Source: Amoebophrya sp. A120 (Eukaryota > Protista > Dinoflagellata). From it: a stretch of DNA of 64,000 nucleotides. Position numbers and translations under genes: made by a program. Location: positions 545,715 through 609,714 of the forward strand of contig CAJINV010000005.1 in NCBI GenBank assembly GCA_905178155.1, read 5' to 3'. This document shows positions 58,404 through 64,000 of this stretch, piece by piece; position 1 is the first letter of the stretch, and each line of letters begins with the position of its first letter. The notes below the pieces were generated by a model that was not told the DNA's origin, did not search any database, and worked only from the letters and a program-made list of their open reading frames with translations.

Positions 58404-60613
58404 CTAGTCCGTCGTAGTCTGTTCGACCCTCTCCTCCGTTTGCGCCGCTTGTCGTTCCTGCAGCAGCGCGACGATGAAGGCCGTATCTGCTGTCCGGATG
58501 CGCACGGATTGGTCTTGCAGCGTTGCGACAAAGTGCGGCGACAGGTCAAAGCCGATGTAGCAGTCACGGTCGGGATGCGTGAAGTTCGCTGCAGTGCCGG
58601 CCTCCCGCAGAATGGTCGTAAAAACGCAGACCTTCGTCGCCAGCGGGGTGACTTTTTCCGCAATTTTGCAAAACCGCTCCTGGTCGCCGCGAAACAGAAA
58701 CTGCGCGTCGAGCCGGTCCAACCGCGCGCTCAGGCTTGCCCGCTGCCGCTCCACGGCTGCGAGGACACGGCTTTCGAACCGCCGGACAATCAGCGGGAGA
58801 AGGCAGTTTTTGACCAAGAGTTCCGCCAACTCGCACGGACAGGTCGTGCTGGCTGCGTTGTACTTGGAAGAAGTACTAGTAGAGGTATTTTCATCTCGAC
58901 GCTGGTGGAGTGATGCGAGAAGCGCTTGGTACAGATCGTTCCCCGTGATGGAAAGGCTTTCATCATTGGAGTTGTTACGGAGGTCGTGGCTCTGTCCTGG
59001 ACTCGAGTATGCGTCGCCGCGCAGCAAGACCACTAAACCAACTGTAAAATTCTCTATGAAAACGAAATCTCTTGTCACAGTCACATCCGAGACGTTTTGT
59101 AAGGCGTTTTGCCTTACAAAACGTCTCTGATGTGACTGTGACAAGAGATTTCGTTTTCATATTCTCCACCAAGTCGAGGATGTGAAGCAGAAAACGCCGC
59201 CACAACACCTCGGCTTCCACCTGGCACCGCTCACCGGAGAGAACGTGCCGCGGCTCCTCGTGGCCGAGGGCGTCGCCGTCCGTTCGGGGGAGCGGGAGGG
59301 GGGCGATGTCGACCAAGAAACGGAAACCAGCCATCTCTGCAGTTATTTCCTGCTCCGCGTCGTCTCTATAGTTTGCCTGCTTCAGATACGTGCCGACAGA
59401 AACCGGCGCCTTTTCGCGCTGCTCGTCGTCCAACTTTCGTGGGAACGCATGCATCAGCCGGTGCGCCATCAAATCGCCGGCGGCGTTGCAAAAACCTGGG
59501 ATACCAAGCACAGTTTGTTAACCGTACAAGAGTTCGTAGGATCATTCATAGTAGACCAAAAAGATACACTGTCACAGAAAATGGCCACACAATAACCGTA
59601 AACGAATCCATAGGAAACAGATAAAATAAGTAATAGATACTGTGCACTGCTTCAACAGTCGGAGCTGCCAGGCGTTGATTGGAAGTGGACATGTTCATCG
59701 GAAGCAGGTCTTGCTTCGTGCAAAAGTCTCGTAAGGCGCCCGCGAGACGCAAACCGTTGTGAAAGCTGAAGTTGTGCCTCCAAAAGTGCACTTCTGCAAG
59801 CTTGTCGCCGTACACAGGTCGCTTCGCCCTGTCCGAAAGGTTTACGACAAGCCTGCCGACGACGTCGTCCTCGTTGGCAACAACGACCAGGGCCGGACGT
59901 GCCCGAAAGCGGGGATCGCCCGGTTGTTGAAACAGCCCGAAAGGGAAGCCCTGTGCCGATACCATGCTATGCTCGGACTCGTTCAGCAGCAGGGAGGCCT
60001 TGACCAGAAACCCGGCGACCGCGCGGGACGTCGTCGTACCGGGTGTTTTCCTCTCCCGGTCGTGCATCGCCTGCTGGGGAATCCGGATGGCAGTCACCGG
60101 CTGCGTATGTTGTACTGTGTTCATATGGTTTCGGTTTTGATGTTGCACACCAGGCTGCTGCGTAACTTCGTCCTGGAAGAAGTCGTTTCTCCCACAGTCC
60201 AATTTCCCCTGCAACTCCCACGCGCGCCAGCTCGTCAAGTCCGAGACCCGCGTGCCCACGCCGAGGCAAAACGCCGCATCGTTGCTCAGCTGGGGTGCGG
60301 TACAGCACAGGAGACAAAATTCGCTGACGTGTTGCGCGAGCTGCGCCCGCCCGCGGAGACTCGCAATTTTCAGACTGCGATCCCTCCAGAGAAACAGCGC
60401 GGTCATGCAAAGGTCGCGGAGGAAGCACGCCGGAAGCCGGGTGCGCCGCGCCTGCCGCGCTGGTTTTTGGAGGGGACCCGAGTGAGTCGTGAAGTGGACG
60501 ACACCTGGAGGTGCTGCTTCCGCTAGAGGAGCCCCGGACGTCGAGATTCCACTGCTTTCCTCCGTGCCCTCGAAGCTGCTCTTCGCCGTGGATTCCGTGC
60601 TGGTGCTATTCAT
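58404..60613 (-). CDS. Hypothetical protein with a hairpin introner
   Basis: ORFs 59546-60613, 58975-59511 and 58404-59144. The last two fuse as DLVEN-FTVGL. Confidence 0.72.
59055..59161. mobile_element. Hairpin introner, 107 bp, TSD TTCTC
   Basis: 51-bp arms with one mismatch and a 5-nt loop GTTTT. TTCTC at 59050-54 and 59162-66. Confidence 0.97.
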
Positions 60614-60841
60614 CGAGGGATAGCTGCAGTGTGTTTGTATAGAATCAGTATGTGAAGAAACTGAATCATCTCATCTACGCGCTTTTACAGCGTCTTCAAA
60701 TCTCTTCATGCATTCACATGATGCATGACGTTCATACGGTGGTAGAAGCAACTCAAATGTCGTGGCGGGTACTTTATCAGCAAGAGAAAAACAACATGTG
60801 TGTTCGCCTCTAGGTGGGCGAGCAAGAGAAAAACAAAAATT

Positions 60842-63495
60842 CTACGGATCCTCCACCGCAGCCAAGTTGTCCACCGCACCCAAGTCGTCGGTTATCGCGA
60901 CACCGGTGTGCAACACGAGTGCGAGGCCTTCCATTACGGACCTGGCTTCTGGCGCGTCGAGCATCACGTTGACGCAGTGACGCAAAAGACGCGCGCTCTG
61001 CCCTCGTTGTGCTTCAGGAAAAAATGATGTTGGCAGAGGATTATTTCGGTTTTGCCCTTCGCCTGCACTAGATCCGTTTTCTTCTGGTCGTGAATTTATC
61101 TGCTGCAACCCTGTTTCCCAGTTCCTTTCTGCAATTGGCCACCGGAAATCTGCCGCGTCACCCACCTTCTCCTGCTTTTGGTTTATTGTGTTGTTGCGCG
61201 TGTTAGTTGTTTGCGTTCTTGCGGTGACCGTAGTAATTGCAGGTCCTTTCTTGTCTCCACGAGGCTGTCGTTCCTTGGATATCTTCTGCTTTTCACCTCT
61301 TCCTCTGCTTTGGTAACGATCGGTCATTTCGCTTCCCGCCCGCACTGCCATTTTCGCCGTTTGCAGGGTGCGCGGATCGTGGTAGTTTTCGAAAAAGCCG
61401 AGGTCGTCTTCGATACTTTCCTCGCTGTGGAGAACGTCCTCTTTGTTCTCGTTGTCGTCTTTCGAAATCGGGCGTCGGTGCGATAGATGTGGATGAACAG
61501 AAGCTCTATCTCCAGCATTAATATGTTGATCTTTGCCAAAGCAGTACCCCATCTTCCGGCACAGCAGCTCCCACAAACTACTGGGAACCTCTAACGCGGG
61601 AAGCAAGCCGGGAAACGCGCAGAAGGAGACACTCATGTCTAGTTCGATCGCGGCCAGAATGTAGATCGCTACCGCGTGGGTCTGCAGGCGCTCCATGTTC
61701 TGCCTTTGGCGTTTTTTTATGGCGAGGAGAGACGCGGGGGACCGGTTTGAAAAGTGCGCCTTGGAGCTGCTCCTGCGTCGTTCGCGCTGCTTTCCTTCGC
61801 CGCCCACCGCACCGGCCTCAGCGGGACGAAGATGATCTTCAGCATCAGGACCTTCTTGAGAAGAAGAAGATGAGCAGGAAAAGTCGTGCAATTCATGATC
61901 TAAATCCAGCTCCGTCGCACCCAGCCGGTAGAGAAAGGAGCGAAATTTCAACTTGCCCAGCGGGTCCTCGATGTCGCCCTTGGTATCCTGTGCAAAAGTA
62001 TCGTAGTCGTACTAATTGCAATCGTGCATGACAAACCTGGTTTCTCAGCAAAGTCAGCATTACAAATTCCATTTTTCCTTCTGGAAAAATTTGTAATGCG
62101 ATTTATACTAGTACGATACTTTTGCAGTTCATACTTGGCGACGTTCACCAAATGCGGGTGCAAGGGGAGTTTGATCAGCCGGTAGGTGGTCGTCAGAAAC
62201 TTCTTGCAGTGGTTGAAACCCAAGATCGCCTTGGTCAGCGCGTCTTCGAAATCCGTTTCGACCGCAGCTCGCTGCTCGTACGCGGTCTCCAGACGCGCAG
62301 TGAATATCAGAAGGAAAAATCCCCCCACCCCATACTCAAACGCAGACTTGTGGCCACAAATCAGCTTTGTCATGCTAGAAGGGAAAAGATGCGGACTGTA
62401 GTGCTGGTTGGCGTGGGAAAGCCTTGCACCTTCAGCATGACAGGGGGCAGCTGGAAGTGGGAAACAGCATGACAAATTGCCTGCAAACGAGGCCACAGCT
62501 GCGTCTCTTGGCCTTCTAGCATTACAAGTCGATTTGTGTACTCAAATACAGCATCACAAACTTCTTCGTTTTCGATATGGGGAGGGGGGATTTTTCCTTT
62601 TGATAGTGAAGTCCTGCTCTTCATCCGCTACTTCCGGCGGAAGAAAATCACGGGGCGCGGGGGGAACCTCCCCTGTGGTCGTGTCGCCAGCTTGTTTGTC
62701 GTTGTTCCGTTGAACTTCTACGACTCCAGCGTCCGCAGCAACACCTGACGCCGCATCCTCGCCATCGGTCTCCTCGTCGAGCAGGAGATTTTCATTTTCC
62801 TCTACGAGCGCCCCTGATCGCACAGTTTTCGTAGTCTTCGTCGCGGCCACGTTAAGAAATGAACCCTGCTCCTGTCTTGTCGGCGTCGGCACATGCTGCA
62901 GACTCGCGGACAGACTGCCACTGTGCGACGACGAGGCGCTGTTGGTCGCGGAGGTCAAAATCCCCAAGTGGCTCGAATCGGCAAACGAAGAAAGATCATC
63001 GACAGCGGCTGCTTGCTGCCTGCTCGCGGTCAGGCTGTGCGATGCGGAGGACGAAGAGGAGCTACTTGAGGATGAGGAGCTGCAGCTCGCACTATAAGAG
63101 CAATCGTTCTTGGTCTCCTTGGTTGCGCTCTCTGTTATTTCTGCTGTAGCTGTGGTCTTTCCATTACGAATAAATGTTCCACCACATTGCTTTCGGTTTG
63201 TTTTCGCCCTTTGCTGATTCTGCACAATCTGCTCTAATTCATCTCCGACGGCGCGCAGGAACGTCGCCGTCTGACTCTCCGCGAGAGAAGAGGACACAGA
63301 GCGCAGCTCGGAAGAAGAAAACGTTGCGGCTGCGGGGGTCGAAGACCGCGATCCCGACGAACCTTGGAGGTCGTCCCGGTCGGAGGTTATGGAGTTCTTC
63401 AACACGTTGATCTTCTGACGGTTGCGCTGCGGTGCGGCCGGTGGTTCGCGGTCCAAAGCAGTAGCAGGAACACCAACAGCACCATTGATAGTCAT
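60842..63495 (-). CDS. Hypothetical protein with two introners
   Basis: In-frame joins EQDFT-ARLET and NVAK-GDIEDPLGKLKFR. Confidence 0.8.
61984..62133. mobile_element. Introner, family A, 150 bp, opposite orientation to 25590, TSD CTTGG
   Basis: Ends TATCCTGTGCAAAAGTATCGTA and TACGATACTTTTGCAGTTCATA. CTTGG at 61979-83 and 62134-38. Confidence 0.95.
62305..62605. mobile_element. Introner, family E (D-related), 301 bp, TSD GTGAA
   Basis: TIR TATCARAAGGAAAAATCCCCCC.CCCCATA. GTGAA at 62300-04 and 62606-10. In-frame join. Confidence 0.95.
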
Positions 63496-63521
63496 ATCTA
63501 CAATTTTATCGCAAGACTCAC

Positions 63522-63680
63522 GAATAGTTCAATTTCGTGAATAGTTCAAATTGAATAGTTCAATTTCGTGAATAGTTCAAATTGAATAGTTCAATTTGGT
63601 GAATAGTTCAAATTGAATAGTTCAATTTCGCGAATAGTTCAAATTGAATAGTTCAATTTCATGAATAATTCAAATTTAAT
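63522..63680. repeat. 31-bp tandem repeat (GAATAGTTCAATTTCGT + GAATAGTTCAAATT), about 5 copies
   Basis: Directly visible 17+14 dimeric unit that decays rightwards. Confidence 0.92.
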
Positions 63681-63985
63681 AACTCAACTTCAACTCAATC
63701 TCCAGTCTCAATCTGAGTCACAATCTGAATCTTAAATCTTCCTACCTCGATCTCAAATCTTAAGAAATCTTAAATCGATCGAAGATGATCTATCAAATCT
63801 TATTCCAATCTCAAATCTTATTTCAATCTCATATCTTAAAAAATCTTAACTATCAAATCTTATCTCAATCTCAAATCTTAAAAAAATCTTAAATCTTAAA
63901 GTCATCGCAGGCCATCTATGAAATCTTATTCCAGTCTCATAATCTCAAATCTTAAGTATCGGATCTCAATCTCAAATCTTAAAAT
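63681..63985. repeat. Degenerate AT-rich simple repeat (AATCTC/AAATCTT)
   Basis: Repeated AATCTCAAATCTTA-like words up to the window end. Confidence 0.8.
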
Positions 63986-64000
63986 ACGGGTGGGGGGGGG

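Noticed and set aside
1-64000. Dinoflagellate spliced-leader relics, tRNA, rRNA and telomeric repeats
   Set aside because: None were recognised by eye. A covariance-model search was not possible.

Overview
This is eukaryotic genomic DNA, most consistent with a syndinian dinoflagellate of the Amoebophrya type (inferred from architecture, not a database hit). About 18 intron-containing protein genes all lie on the minus strand. Recognisable products are eIF2-beta, DGAT2, an M14 zinc carboxypeptidase, a NACHT-WD40 protein, a 2OG-Fe(II) dioxygenase-like protein and two tandem zinc-finger paralogues. The main system is 14 small (107-314 bp) terminal-inverted-repeat (TIR) elements from at least 5-6 sequence families, all inside coding sequence. 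Each has TAT...ATA ends (one end decayed), a shared TAT-N7-AAA terminal signature and an exact 5-bp target-site duplication (TSD). Removing the element plus one TSD copy restores the reading frame in every case. It does so in either element orientation, and no sliding register gives GT-AG or GC-AG ends. A 15th TIR element has canonical GT-AG ends. Between genes are four GC-rich islands with decayed rve-integrase-like and tyrosine-recombinase-like motifs. One island contains a 4.6-kb element with the same terminal signature and a palindromic 39-bp array. All coordinates and splices were worked out by hand from the sequence.
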